Assembly: GCA_964016885.1 (NCBI GenBank)
Contig: OZ024746.1
Span: 52,266,001-52,330,000 of the forward strand
Reading direction: 5' to 3'
Origin: Eledone cirrhosa
Lineage: Eukaryota
DNA: 64,000 bases
Made by a program: the position numbers and the translations under genes. Below the pieces are notes generated by a model that did not search any database, was not told the DNA's origin, and saw only the letters and a list, made by a program, of their open reading frames with translations. Shown here piece by piece: positions 42,101 through 57,100 of the stretch (positions are counted from its first letter, which is position 1; each line of letters opens with the position of its first letter).

Positions 42101-45100
42101 GGTATGGAATTCTATGAATTGGGTATGTTATATTTAGTATGGAGTAGTGTATGGTATAGCATGGTGTATATAGGTGTGTGTTGTATGGCATGGAATTCTA
42201 TATATTGGGTATGTTATATTTAGTATGGAGTAGTGTATGGCACAGACTGGTGTATATAGGTGTGTGTTGTATGGTATGGAATGCTATGTATTGGGTATGT
42301 TATACTTTGTATGGAGTAGTGTATGGTATAGTATGGTGTATATAGGTGTGTGTTGTATGGAATTCTATGTATTGGGTATGTTATACTTAGTATGGAGTAG
42401 TTTATTCTATATAATGGTGTATATAGGTGTGTGTTGTATGGTATGGAATTCTATGTATTGATTATGTTAAACTTAGTATGGAGTAGTGTATGGCATAGAA
42501 TGGTGTATATAGGTGTGTGTTGTATGGTATGGAATTTTATGTATTCGGTATGTTATACTTAGTATGGAGTAGTGTATGGGATAGTATGGTGTATATAGGT
42601 GTGTCTTGTATGGTAAGGAATTCTATGTATTAGGTATGTTATACTTTGAATAGAGTAGTGTATGGTATAGAATGGTGTATATAGGTGTGTGTTGAATGGT
42701 AGGGAATTATATGTATTGGGTATGTTATACTTAATATGGAGTAGTGTATGGTATAGAATGGTGTATATAGGTGTGTGTTGTACGGTATGGAATTCTATGT
42801 ATTAGGTATGTTATACTGAGTATGGAGTAGTGTATGGTATAGAATGGTGTATATAGGTGTGTGTTGTATGGTATGGAATTCTATGAATTGGGTATGTTAT
42901 ATTTAGTATGGAGTAATGTATGGTATAGAATGGTGTATATAGGTGTGTGTTGTATGGTATTGAATTCTATGTATTGAGTATGTTATATTTAGTATGGAGT
43001 AGTGTATGGCATAGACTGGTGTATATAGGTGTGTGTTGTATGGTATGGAATGCTATGTATTGGGTATGTTATACTTTGTATGGAGTAGTGTATGGTATAG
43101 AATGGTGTATATAGGTGTGTGTTGTATGGTATGGAATGCTATGTATTGGGTATGTTATACTTAGTATGGAGTAGTGTATGGTATAGAATGGTGTATATAG
43201 GTGTGTGTTGTATGGTATGGAATGCTATGTATTGGGTATGTTATACTGAGTTTGGAGTAGTGTATGGTATAGAATGGTGTATATAGGTGTGTGTTGTATG
43301 GTATGGAATTCTATGAATTGGGTATGTTATATTTAGTATGGAGTAGTGTATGGTATAGACTGGTCTATATAGGTGTGTTGTATGCTCTGGAATTCTATGT
43401 ATTGGGTATGTTATACTTAGTATGGAGTAGTGTATGGTATAGAATGGTGTATATAGGTGTGTGTTGTATGGTATGGAATTCTATGTATTGTGTATGTTAT
43501 ATTTAGTATGGAGTAGTGTATGGTATAGAATGGTGTATATAGGTGTGTGTTGTATGGTATGGAATTCAATGTATTGGGTGTGTTATACTTAGTATGGAGT
43601 AGTGTATGGCATAGACTGTTGTATATAGGTGTCTGTTGTATGGTATGGAATGCTATGTATTGGGTATGTTATACTTTGTATGGAGTAGTGTATGGTATAG
43701 AATGGTGTATATAGGTGTGTGTTGTATGGTATTGAATTCTATGTATGGTGTATGTTATACTTAATATGGAGTAGTGTATGGTATAGAATGGTGTATATAG
43801 GTGTGTGTTGTATGGTATGGAATTCTATGAATTGGGTATGTTATATTTAGTATGGAGTAGTGTATGGTATAGCATGGTGTATATAGCTGTGTGTTGTATG
43901 GTATGGAATTCTATATATTGGGTATGTTATATTTAGTATGGAGTAGTGTATGGCATAGACTGGTGTATATAGGTGTGTGTTGTATGGTATCGAATGCTAT
44001 GTATTGGGTATGTTATACTTTGTATGGAGTAGTGTATGGTATAGTATGGTGTATATAGGTGTGTGTTGTATGGAATTCTATGTATTGGGTATGTTATACT
44101 TAGTATGGAGTATTTTCTGGTATATAATGGTGTATATAGGTGTGTGTTGTATGGTATGGAATTCTATGTATTGATTATGTTAAACTTAGTATGGAGTAGT
44201 GTATGGCATAGAATGGTGTATATAGGTGTGTCTTGTATGGTATGGAATTCTATATTTTCGGTATGTTATACTTAGTATGGAGTAGTGTATGGTATAGTAT
44301 GGTGTATATAGGTGTGTCTTGTATGGTAAGGAATTCTATGTATTAGGTATGTTATACTTTGAATAGAGTAGTGTATGGTATAGAATGGTGTATATAGGTG
44401 TGTGTTGAACGGTAGGGAATTATATGTATTGGGTATGTTATACTTAATATGGAGTAGTGTATGGTATAGAATGGTGTATATAGGTGTGTGTTGTACGGTA
44501 TGGAATTCTATGTATTAGGTATGTTATACTGAGTATGGAGTAGTGTATGGTATAGAATGGTGTATATAGGTGTGTGTTGTATGGTATGGAATTCTATGAA
44601 TTGGGTATGTTATATTTAGTATGGTGTAATGTATGGTATAGAATGGTGTATATAGGTGTGTGTTGTATGGTATGGAATTCTATGTATTGGGTATGTTATA
44701 TTTAGTATGGAGTAATGTATGGCATAGACTGGTGTATATAGGTGTATGTTGTATGGTATGGAATGCTATGTATTGGGTATGTTATACTTTGTATGGAGTA
44801 GTGTATGGTATAGAATGGTGTATATAGCTGTGTGTTGTATGGTATGGAATTCTATGTATTGGGTATGTTATACTTAGTATGGAGTAGTGTATGGTATAGA
44901 ATGGTGTATATAGGTTGTTGTGGTATGGTATGGAATTCTATATATTGGGTATGTTATCATTAATATGGAGTAGTGTATGGTATAGAATGGTGTATAAAGC
45001 AGTGTGTTGTATGGTATGGAATTCTATGTATTAGGTATGTTATACTTTGAATAGAGTAGTGTATGACATAGTATGGTATATATAGATGTGTGTTGTACGG

Positions 45101-48100
45101 TATGGAATTCTATGTATTGGGTATGTTATATTTAGTATGGAGTAGTGTATGGTATAGAATGGTGTATATAGGTGTGTGTTGTATGGTATGGAATTCTATG
45201 TATTGGTTATGTTATACTTAGTATGGAGTAGTGTATGGTATAGACTGGTGTATATACGTGTGTGTTGTATGGTATGGAATTCTATGTATTGGGTATGTTA
45301 TACTTAGTATGGAGTAGTGTATGGTATAGAATGCTGTATATAGGTGTGTGTCGTATGGTATGGAATTCTATGTATTAGGTATGTTATACTGAGTATGGAG
45401 TAGTGTATGTTATAGAATGGTGTATATAGGTGTGTGTTGTATGGTATGTAATTCTATGAATTGGGTATGTTATATTTAGTATGGAGTAGTGTATGGTATA
45501 TAACGGTGTATATAGGTGTGTGTTGTATGGTATGGAATTCTATGTATTGGTTATGTTATATTTATTATGGAGTAGTGTATGGCATAGACTGTTGTATATA
45601 GGTGTGTGTTGTATGGCATGGAATGCTATGTATTGGGTATGTTATACTTTGTATGGAGTAGTGTATGGTATAGAATGGTGTATATAGGTGTGTGTTGTAT
45701 GGTATTGAATTCTATGTATGGTGTATGTTATACTTAATATGGAGTAGTGTATGGTATAGAATGGTGTATATAGGTGTGTGTTGTATGGTATGGAATTCTA
45801 TGAATTGGGTATGTTATATTTAGTATGGAGTAGTGTATGGTATAGCATGGTGTATATAGGTGTGTGTTGTATGGCATGGAATTCTATATATTGGGTATGT
45901 TATATTTAGTATGGAGTAGTGTATGGCACAGACTGGTGTATATAGGTGTGTGTTGTATGGTATGGAATGCTATGTATTGGGTATGTTATACTTTGTATGG
46001 AGTAGTGTATGGTATAGTATGGTGTATATAGGTGTGTGTTGTATGGAATTCTATGTATTGGGTATGTTATACTTAGTATGGAGTAGTTTATTCTATATAA
46101 TGGTGTATATAGGTGTGTGTTGTATGGTATGGAATTCTATGTATTGATTATGTTAAACTTAGTATGGAGTAGTGTATGGCATAGAATGGTGTATATAGGT
46201 GTGTGTTGTATGGTATGGAATTTTATGTATTCGGTATGTTATACTTAGTATGGAGTAGTGTATGGGATAGTATGGTGTATATAGGTGTGTCTTGTATGGT
46301 AAGGAATTCTATGTATTAGGTATGTTATACTTTGAATAGAGTAGTGTATGGTATAGAATGGTGTATATAGGTGTGTGTTGAATGGTAGGGAATTATATGT
46401 ATTGGGTATGTTATACTTAATATGGAGTAGTGTATGGTATAGAATGGTGTATATAGGTGTGTGTTGTACGGTATGGAATTCTATGTATTAGGTATGTTAT
46501 ACTGAGTATGGAGTAGTGTATGGTATAGAATGGTGTATATAGGTGTGTGTTGTATGGTATGGAATTCTATGAATTGGGTATGTTATATTTAGTATGGAGT
46601 AATGTATGGTATAGAATGGTGTATATAGGTGTGTGTTGTATGGTATTGAATTCTATGTATTGAGTATGTTATATTTAGTATGGAGTAGTGTATGGCATAG
46701 ACTGGTGTATATAGGTGTGTGTTGTATGGTATGGAATGCTATGTATTGGGTATGTTATACTTTGTATGGAGTAGTGTATGGTATAGAATGGTGTATATAG
46801 GTGTGTGTTGTATGGTATGGAATGCTATGTATTGGGTATGTTATACTGAGTTTGGAGTAGTGTATGGTATAGAATGGTGTATATAGGTGTGTGTTGTATG
46901 GTATGGAATTCTATGAATTGGGTATGTTATATTTAGTATGGAGTAGTGTATGGTATAGACTGGTGTATATAGGTGTGTTGTATGCTCTGGAATTCTATGT
47001 ATTGGGTATGTTATACTTAGTATGGAGTAGTGTATGGTATAGAATGGTGTATATAGGTGTGTGTTGTATGGTATGGAATTCTATGTATTGGGTATGTTAT
47101 ATTTAGTATGGAGTAGTGTATGGTATAGAATGGTGTATATAGGTGTGTGTTGTATGGTATGGAATTCAATGTATTGGGTGTGTTATACTTAGTATGGAGT
47201 AGTGTATGGCATAGACTGTTGTATATAGGTGTCTGTTGTATGGTATGGAATGCTATGTATTGGGTATGTTATACTTTGTCTGGAGTAGTGTATGGTATAG
47301 AATGGTGTATATAGGTGTGTGTTGTATGGTATTGAATTCTATGTATGATGTATGTTATACTTAATATGGAGTAGTGTATGGTATAGAATGGTGTATATAG
47401 GTGTGTGTTGTATGGTATGGAATTCTATGAATTGGGTATGTTATATTTAGTATGGAGTAGTGTATGGTATAGCATGGTGTATATAGCTGTGTGTTGTATG
47501 GTATGGAATTCTATATATTGGGTATGTTATATTTAGTATGGAGTAGTGTATGGCATAGACTGGTGTATATAGGTGTGTGTTGTATGGTATCGAATGCTAT
47601 GTATTGGGTATGTTATACTTTGTATGGAGTAGTGTATGGTATAGTATGGTGTATATAGGTGTGTGTTGTATGGAATTCTATGTATTGGGTATGTTATACT
47701 TAGTATGGAGTATTTTCTGGTATATAATGGTGTATATAGGTGTGTGTTGTATGGTATGGAATTCTATGTATTGATTATGTTAAACTTAGTATGGAGTAGT
47801 GTATGGCATAGAATGGTGTATATAGGTGTGTCTTGTATGGTATGGAATTCTATATTTTCGGTATGTTATACTTAGTATGGAGTAGTGTATGGTATAGTAT
47901 GGTGAATATAGGTGTGTCTTGTATGGTAAGGAATTCTATGTATTAGGTATGTTATACTTTGAATAGAGTAGTGTATGGTATAGAATGGTGTATATAGGTG
48001 TGTGTTGAACGGTAGGGAATTATATGTATTGGGTATGTTATACTTAATATGGAGTAGTGTATGGTATAGAATGGTGTATATAGGTGTGTGTTGTACGGTA

Positions 48101-51100
48101 TGGAATTCTATGTATTAGGTATGTTATACTGAGTATGGAGTAGTGTATGGTATAGAATGGTGTATATAGGTGTGTGTTGTATGGTATGGAATTCTATGAA
48201 TTGGGTATGTTATATTTAGTATGGTGTAATGTATGGTATAGAATGGTGTATATAGGTGTGTGTTGTATGGTATGGAATTCTATGTATTGGGTATGTTATA
48301 TTTAGTATGGAGTAATGTATGGCATAGACTGGTGTATATAGGTGTATGTTGTATGGTATGGAATGCTATGTATTGGGTATGTTATACTTTGTATGGAGTA
48401 GTGTATGGTATAGAATGGTGTATATATGTGTGTGTTGTATGGTATGGAATTCTATGTATTAGGTATGTTATACTGAGTTTGGAGTAGTGTATGGTATAGA
48501 ATGGTGTATATAGGTGTGTGTTGTATGGTATGGAATTCTATGAATTGGGTATGTTATATTTAGTATGGAGTAGTGTATAGTATAGACTGGTGTATATAGG
48601 TGTGTTGTATGCTATGGAATTCTATGTATTGGGTATGTTATACTTAGTATGGAGTAGTGTATGGTATAGTATGGTGTATATAGGTGTGTGTTGTATGGAA
48701 TTCTATGTATTGGGTATGTTATACTTAGTATGGAGTATTTTATGGTATATAATGGTGTATATAGGTGTGTGTTGTATGGTATGGAATTCTATGTATTGAT
48801 TATGTTAAACTTAGTATGGAGTAGTGTATGGCATAGTATGGTGTATATAGGTGTGTCTTGTATGGTAAGGAATTCTATGTATTAGGTATGTTATACTTTG
48901 AATAGAGTAGTGTATGGTATAGAATGGTGTATATAGGTGTGTGTTGAACGGTAGGGAATTATATGTATTGGGTATGTTATACTTAATATGGAGTAGTGTA
49001 TGGTATAGAATGGTGTATATAGGTGTGTGTTGTACGGTATGGAATTCTATGTATTAGGTATGTTATACTGAGTATGGAGTAGTGTATGGTATAGAATGGT
49101 GTATATAGGTGTGTGTTGTATGGTATGGAATTCTATGAATTGGGTATGTTATATTTAGTATGGTGTAATGTATGGTATAGAATGGTGTATATAGGTGTGT
49201 GTTGTATGGTATGGAATTCTATGTATTGGGTATGTTATATTTAGTATGGAGTAATGTATGGCATAGACTGGTGTATATAGGTGTATGTTGTATGGTATGG
49301 AATGCTATGTATTGGGTATGTTATACTTTGTATGGAGTAGTGTATGGTATAGAATGGTGTATATAGCTGTGTGTTGTATGGTATGGAATTCTATGTATTG
49401 GGTATGTTATACTTAGTATGGAGTAGTGTATGGTATAGAATGGTGTATATAGGTTGTTGTGGTATGGTATGGAATTCTATATATTGGGTATGTTATCATT
49501 AATATGGAGTAGTGTATGGTATAGAATGGTGTATAAAGCAGTGTGTTGTATGGTATGGAATTCTATGTATTAGGTATGTTATACTTTGAATAGAGTAGTG
49601 TATGACATAGTATGGTATATATAGATGTGTGTTGTACGGTATGGAATTCTATGTATTGGGTATGTTATATTTAGTATGGAGTAGTGTATGGTATAGAATG
49701 GTGTATATAGGTGTGTGTTGTATGGTATGGAATTCTATGTATTGGTTATGTTATACTTAGTATGGAGTAGTGTATGGTATAGACTGGTGTATATACGTGT
49801 GTGTTGTATGGTATGGAATTCTATGTATTGGGTATGTTATACTTAGTATGGAGTAGTGTATGGTATAGAATGCTGTATATAGGTGTGTGTCGTATGGTAT
49901 GGAATTCTATGTATTAGGTATGTTATACTGAGTATGGAGTAGTGTATGTTATAGAATGGTGTATATAGGTGTGTGTTGTATGGTATGTAATTCTATGAAT
50001 TGGGTATGTTATATTTAGTATGGAGTAGTGTATGGTATATAACGGTGTATATAGGTGTGTGTTGTATGGTATGGAATTCTATGTATTGGTTATGTTATAT
50101 TTATTATGGAGTAGTGTATGGCATAGACTCGTGTATATAGGTGTGTGTTGTATTGTATGGAATGCTATGTATTGGGTATGTTATACAGTGTATGGAGTAG
50201 TGTATGGTATAGAATGGTGTATATATGTGTGTGTTGTATGGTATGGAATTCTATGTATTAGGTATGTTATATTGAGTTTGGAGTAGTGTATGGTATAGAA
50301 TGGTGTATATAGGTGTGTGTTGTATGGTATGTAATTCTATGAATTGGGTATGTTATATTTAGTATGGAGTAGTGTATGGTATAGACTGGTGTATATAGGT
50401 GTGTTGTATGCTATGGAATTCTATGTATTGGGTATGTTATATTTAGTATGGAGTAGTGTATGGTATAGAATGGTGTATATAGGTGTGTGTTGTATGGCAT
50501 GGAATTCTATATATTGGGTATGTTATATTTAGTATGGAGTAGTGTATGGCACAGACTGGTGTATATAGGTGTGTGTTGTATGGTATGGAATGCTATGTAT
50601 TGGGTATGTTATACTTTGTATGGAGTAGTGTATGGTATAGTATGGTGTATATAGGTGTGTGTTGTATGGAATTCTATGTATTGGGTATGTTATACTTAGT
50701 ATGGAGTAGTTTATTGTATATAATGGTGTATATAGGTGTGTGTTGTATGGCATGGAATTCTATGTATTGATTATGTTAAACTTAGTATGGAGTAGTGTAT
50801 GGCATAGAATGGTGTATATAGGTGTGTGTTGTATGGTATGGAATTCTATGTATTCGGTATGTTATACTTAGTATGGAGTAGTGTATGGGATAGTATGGTG
50901 TATATAGGTGTGTCTTGTATGGTAAGGAATTCTATGTATTAGGTATGTTATACTTTGAATAGAGTAGTGTATGGTATAGAATGGTGTATATAGGTGTGTG
51001 TTGAATGGTAGGGAATTATATGTATTGGGTATGTTATACTTAATATGGAGTAGTGTATGGTATAGAATGGTGTATATAGGTGTGTGTTGTACGGTATGGA

Positions 51101-54100
51101 ATTCTATGTATTAGGTATGTTATACTGAGTATGGAGTAGTGTATGGTATAGAATGGTGTATATAGGTGTGTGTTGTATGGTATGGAATTCTATGAATTGG
51201 GTATGTTATATTTAGTATGGAGTAATGTATGGTATAGAATGGTGTATATAGGTGTGTGTTGTATGGTATTGAATTCTATGTATTGAGTATGTTATATTTA
51301 GTATGGAGTAGTGTATGGCATAGACTGGTGTATATAGGTGTGTGTTGTATGGTATGGAATGCTATGTATTGGGTATGTTATACTTTGTATGGAGTAGTGT
51401 ATGGTATAGAATGGTGTATATAGGTGTGTGTTGTATGGTATGGAATTCTATGTATTGGGTATGTTATACTTAGTATGGAGTAGTGTATGGTATAGAATGG
51501 TGTATATAGGTGTGTGTTGTATGGTATGGAATGCTATGTATTGGGTATGTTATACTGAGTTTGGAGTAGTGTATGGTATAGAATGGTGTATATAGGTGTG
51601 TGTTGTATGGTATGGAATTCTATGAATTGGGTATGTTATATTTAGTATGGAGTAGTGTATGGTATAGACTGGTCTATATAGGTGTGTTGTATGCTCTGGA
51701 ATTCTATGTATTGGGTATGTTATACTTAGTATGGAGTAGTGTATGGTATAGAATGGTGTATATAGGTGTGTGTTGTATGGTATGGAATTCTATGTATTGG
51801 GTATGTTATATTTAGTATGGAGTAGTGTATGGTATAGAATGGTGTATATAGGTGTGTGTTGTATGGTATGGAATTCAATGTATTGGGTGTGTTATACTTA
51901 GTATGGAGTAGTGTATGGCATAGACTGTTGTATATAGGTGTCTGTTGTATGGTATGGAATGCTATGTATTGGGTATGTTATACTTTGTATGGAGTAGTGT
52001 ATGGTATAGAATGGTGTATATAGGTGTGTGTTGTATGGTATTGAATTCTATGTATGGTGTATGTTATACTTAATATGGAGTAGTGTATGGTATAGAATGG
52101 TGTATATAGGTGTGTGTTGTATGGTATGGAATTCTATGAATTGGGTATGTTATATTTAGTATGGAGTAGTGTATGGTATAGCATGGTGTATATAGCTGTG
52201 TGTTGTATGGTATGGAATTCTATATATTGGGTATGTTATATTTAGTATGGAGTAGTGTATGGCATAGACTGGTGTATATAGGTGTGTGTTGTATGGTATC
52301 GAATGCTATGTATTGGGTATGTTATACTTTGTATGGAGTAGTGTATGGTATAGTATGGTGTATATAGGTGTGTGTTGTATGGAATTCTATGTATTGGGTA
52401 TGTTATACTTAGTATGGAGTATTTTCTGGTATATAATGGTGTATATAGGTGTGTGTTGTATGGTATGGAATTCTATGTATTGATTATGTTAAACTTAGTA
52501 TGGAGTAGTGTATGGCATAGAATGGTGTATATAGGTGTGTCTTGTATGGTATGGAATTCTATATTTTCGGTATGTTATACTTAGTATGGAGTAGTGTATG
52601 GTATAGTATGGTGTATATAGGTGTGTCTTGTATGGTAAGGAATTCTATGTATTAGTTATGTTATACTTTGAATAGAGTAGTGTATGGTATAGAATGGTGT
52701 ATATAGGTGTGTGTTGAACGGTAGGGAATTATATGTATTGGGTATGTTATACTTAATATGGAGTAGTGTATGGTATAGAATGGTGTATATAGGTGTGTGT
52801 TGTACGGTATGGAATTCTATGTATTAGGTATGTTATACTGAGTATGGAGTAGTGTATGGTATAGAATGGTGTATATAGGTGTGTGTTGTATGGTATGGAA
52901 TTCTATGAATTGGGTATGTTATATTTAGTATGGTGTAATGTATGGTATAGAATGGTGTATATAGGTGTATGTTGTATGGTATGGAATGCTATGTATTGGG
53001 TATGTTATACTTTGTATGGAGTAGTGTATGGTATAGAATGGTGTATATAGCTGTGTGTTGTATGGTATGGAATTCTATGTATTGGGTATGTTATACTTAG
53101 TATGGAGTAGTGTATGGTATAGAATGGTGTATATAGGTTGTTGTGGTATGGTATGGAATTCTATATATTGGGTATGTTATCATTAATATGGAGTAGTGTA
53201 TGGTATAGAATGGTGTATAAAGCAGTGTGTTGTATGGTATGGAATTCTATGTATTAGGTATGTTATACTTTGAATAGAGTAGTGTATGACATAGTATGGT
53301 ATATATAGATGTGTGTTGTACGGTATGGAATTCTATGTATTGGGTATGTTATATTTAGTATGGAGTAGTGTATGGTATAGAATGGTGTATATAGGTGTGT
53401 GTTGTATGGTATGGAATTCTATGTATTGGTTATGTTATACTTAGTATGGAGTAGTGTATGGTATAGACTGGTGTATATACGTGTGTGTTGTATGGTATGG
53501 AATTCTATGTATTGGGTATGTTATACTTAGTATGGAGTAGTGTATGGTATAGAATGCTGTATATAGGTGTGTGTCGTATGGTATGGAATTCTATGTATTA
53601 GGTATGTTATACTGAGTATGGAGTAGTGTATGTTATAGAATGGTGTATATAGGTGTGTGTTGTATGGTATGTAATTCTATGAATTGGGTATGTTATATTT
53701 AGTATGGAGTAGTGTATGGTATATAACGGTGTATATAGGTGTGTGTTGTATGGTATGGAATTCTATGTATTGGTTATGTTATATTTATTATGGAGTAGTG
53801 TATGGCATAGACTGTTGTATATAGGTGTGTGTTGTATGGCATGGAATGCTATGTATTGGGTATGTTATACTTTGTATGGAGTAGTGTATGGTATAGAATG
53901 GTGTATATAGGTGTGTGTTGTATGGTATTGAATTCTATGTATGGTGTATGTTATACTTAATATGGAGTAGTGTATGGTATAGAATGGTGTATATAGGTGT
54001 GTGTTGTATGGTATGGAATTCTATGAATTGGGTATGTTATATTTAGTATGGAGTAGTGTATGGTATAGCATGGTGTATATAGGTGTGTGTTGTATGGCAT

Positions 54101-57100
54101 GGAATTCTATATATTGGGTATGTTATATTTAGTATGGAGTAGTGTATGGCACAGACTGGTGTATATAGGTGTGTGTTGTATGGTATGGAATGCTATGTAT
54201 TGGGTATGTTATACTTTGTATGGAGTAGTGTATGGTATAGTATGGTGTATATAGGTGTGTGTTGTATGGAATTCTATGTATTGGGTATGTTATACTTAGT
54301 ATGGAGTAGTTTATTCTATATAATGGTGTATATAGGTGTGTGTTGTATGGTATGGAATTCTATGTATTGATTATGTTAAACTTAGTATGGAGTAGTGTAT
54401 GGCATAGAATGGTGTATATAGGTGTGTGTTGTATGGTATGGAATTTTATGTATTCGGTATGTTATACTTAGTATGGAGTAGTGTATGGGATAGTATGGTG
54501 TATATAGGTGTGTCTTGTATGGTAAGGAATTCTATGTATTAGGTATGTTATACTTTGAATAGAGTAGTGTATGGTATAGAATGGTGTATATAGGTGTGTG
54601 TTGAATGGTAGGGAATTATATGTATTGGGTATGTTATACTTAATATGGAGTAGTGTATGGTATAGAATGGTGTATATAGGTGTGTGTTGTACGGTATGGA
54701 ATTCTATGTATTAGGTATGTTATACTGAGTATGGAGTAGTGTATGGTATAGAATGGTGTATATAGGTGTGTGTTGTATGGTATGGAATTCTATGAATTGG
54801 GTATGTTATATTTAGTATGGAGTAATGTATGGTATAGAATGGTGTATATAGGTGTGTGTTGTATGGTATTGAATTCTATGTATTGAGTATGTTATATTTA
54901 GTATGGAGTAGTGTATGGCATAGACTGGTGTATATAGGTGTGTGTTGTATGGTATGGAATGCTATGTATTGGGTATGTTATACTTTGTATGGAGTAGTGT
55001 ATGGTATAGAATGGTGTATATAGGTGTGTGTTGTATGGTATGGAATTCTATGTATTGGGTATGTTATACTTAGTATGGAGTAGTGTATGGTATAGAATGG
55101 TGTATATAGGTGTGTGTTGTATGGTATGGAATGCTATGTATTGGGTATGTTATACTGAGTTTGGAGTAGTGTATGGTATAGAATGGTGTATATAGGTGTG
55201 TGTTGTATGGTATGGAATTCTATGAATTGGGTATGTTCTATTTAGTATGGAGTAGTGTATGGTATAGACTGGTGTATATAGGTGTGTTGTATGCTCTGGA
55301 ATTCTATGTATTGGGTATGTTATACTTAGTATGGAGTAGTGTATGGTATAGAATGGTGTATATAGGTGTATGTTGTATGGTATGGAATTCTATGTATTGG
55401 GTATGTTATATTTAGTATGGAGTAGTGTATGGTATAGAATGGTGTATATAGGTGTGTGTTGTATGGTATGGAATTCAATGTATTGGGTGTGTTATACTTA
55501 GTATGGAGTAGTGTATGGCATAGACTGTTGTATATAGGTGTCTGTTGTATGGTATGGAATGCTATGTATTGGGTATGTTATACTTTGTATGGAGTAGTGT
55601 ATGGTATAGAATGGTGTATATAGGTGTGTGTTGTATGGTATTGAATTCTATGTATGGTGTATGTTATACTTAATATGGAGTAGTGTATGGTATAGAATGG
55701 TATATATAGGTGTGTGTTGTATGGTATGGAATTCTATGAATTGGGTATGTTATATTTAGTATGGAGTAGTGTATGGTATAGCATGGTGTATATAGCTGTG
55801 TGTTGTATGGTATGGAATTCTATATATTGGGTATGTTATATTTAGTATGGAGTAGTGTATGGCATAGACTGGTGTATATAGGTGTGTGTTGTATGGTATC
55901 GAATGCTATGTATTGGGTATGTTATACTTTGTATGGAGTAGTGTATGGTATAGTATGATGTATATAGGTGTGTGTTGTATGGAATTCTATGTATTGGGTA
56001 TGTTATACTTAGTATGGAGTATTTTCAGGTATATAATGGTGTATATAGGTGTGTGTTGTATGGTATGGAATTCTATGTATTGATTATGTTAAACTTAGTA
56101 TGGAGTAGTGTATGGCATAGAATGGTGTATATAGGTGTGTCTTGTATGGTATGGAATTCTATATTTTCGGTATGTTATACTTAGTATGGAGTAGTGTATG
56201 GTATAGTATGGTGAATATAGGTGTGTCTTGTATGGTAAGGAATTCTATGTATTAGGTATGTTATACTTTGAATAGAGTAGTGTATGGTATAGAATGGTGT
56301 ATATAGGTGTGTGTTGAACGGTAGGGAATTATATGTATTGGGTATGTTATACTTAATATGGAGTAGTGTATGGTATAGAATGGTGTATATAGGTGTGTGT
56401 TGTACGGTATGGAATTCTATGTATTAGGTATGTTATACTGAGTATGGAGTAGTGTATGGTATAGAATGGTGTATATAGGTGTGTGTTGTATGGTATGGAA
56501 TTCTATGAATTGGGTATGTTATATTTAGTATGGTGTAATGTATGGTATAGAATGGTGTATATAGGTGTGTGTTGTATGGTATGGAATTCTATGTATTGGG
56601 TATGTTATATTTAGTATGGAGTAATGTATGGCATAGACTGGTGTATATAGGTGTATGTTGTATGGTATGGAATGCTATGTATTGGGTATGTTATACTTTG
56701 TATGGAGTAGTGTATGGTATAGAATGGTGTATATAGCTGTGTGTTGTATGGTATGGAATTCTATGTATTGGGTATGTTATACTTAGTATGGAGTAGTGTA
56801 TGGTATAGAATGGTGTATTTAGGTTGTTGTGGTATGGTATGGAATTCTATATATTGGGTATGTTATCATTAATATGGAGTAGTGTATGGTATAGAATGGT
56901 GTATAAAGCAGTGTGTTGTATGGTATGGAATTCTATGTATTAGGTATGTTATACTTTGAATAGAGTAGTGTATGACATAGTATGGTATATATAGATGTGT
57001 GTTGTACGGTATGGAATTCTATGTATTGGGTATGTTATATTTAGTATGGAGTAGTGTATGGTATAGAATGGTGTATATAGGTGTGTGTTGTATGGTATGG

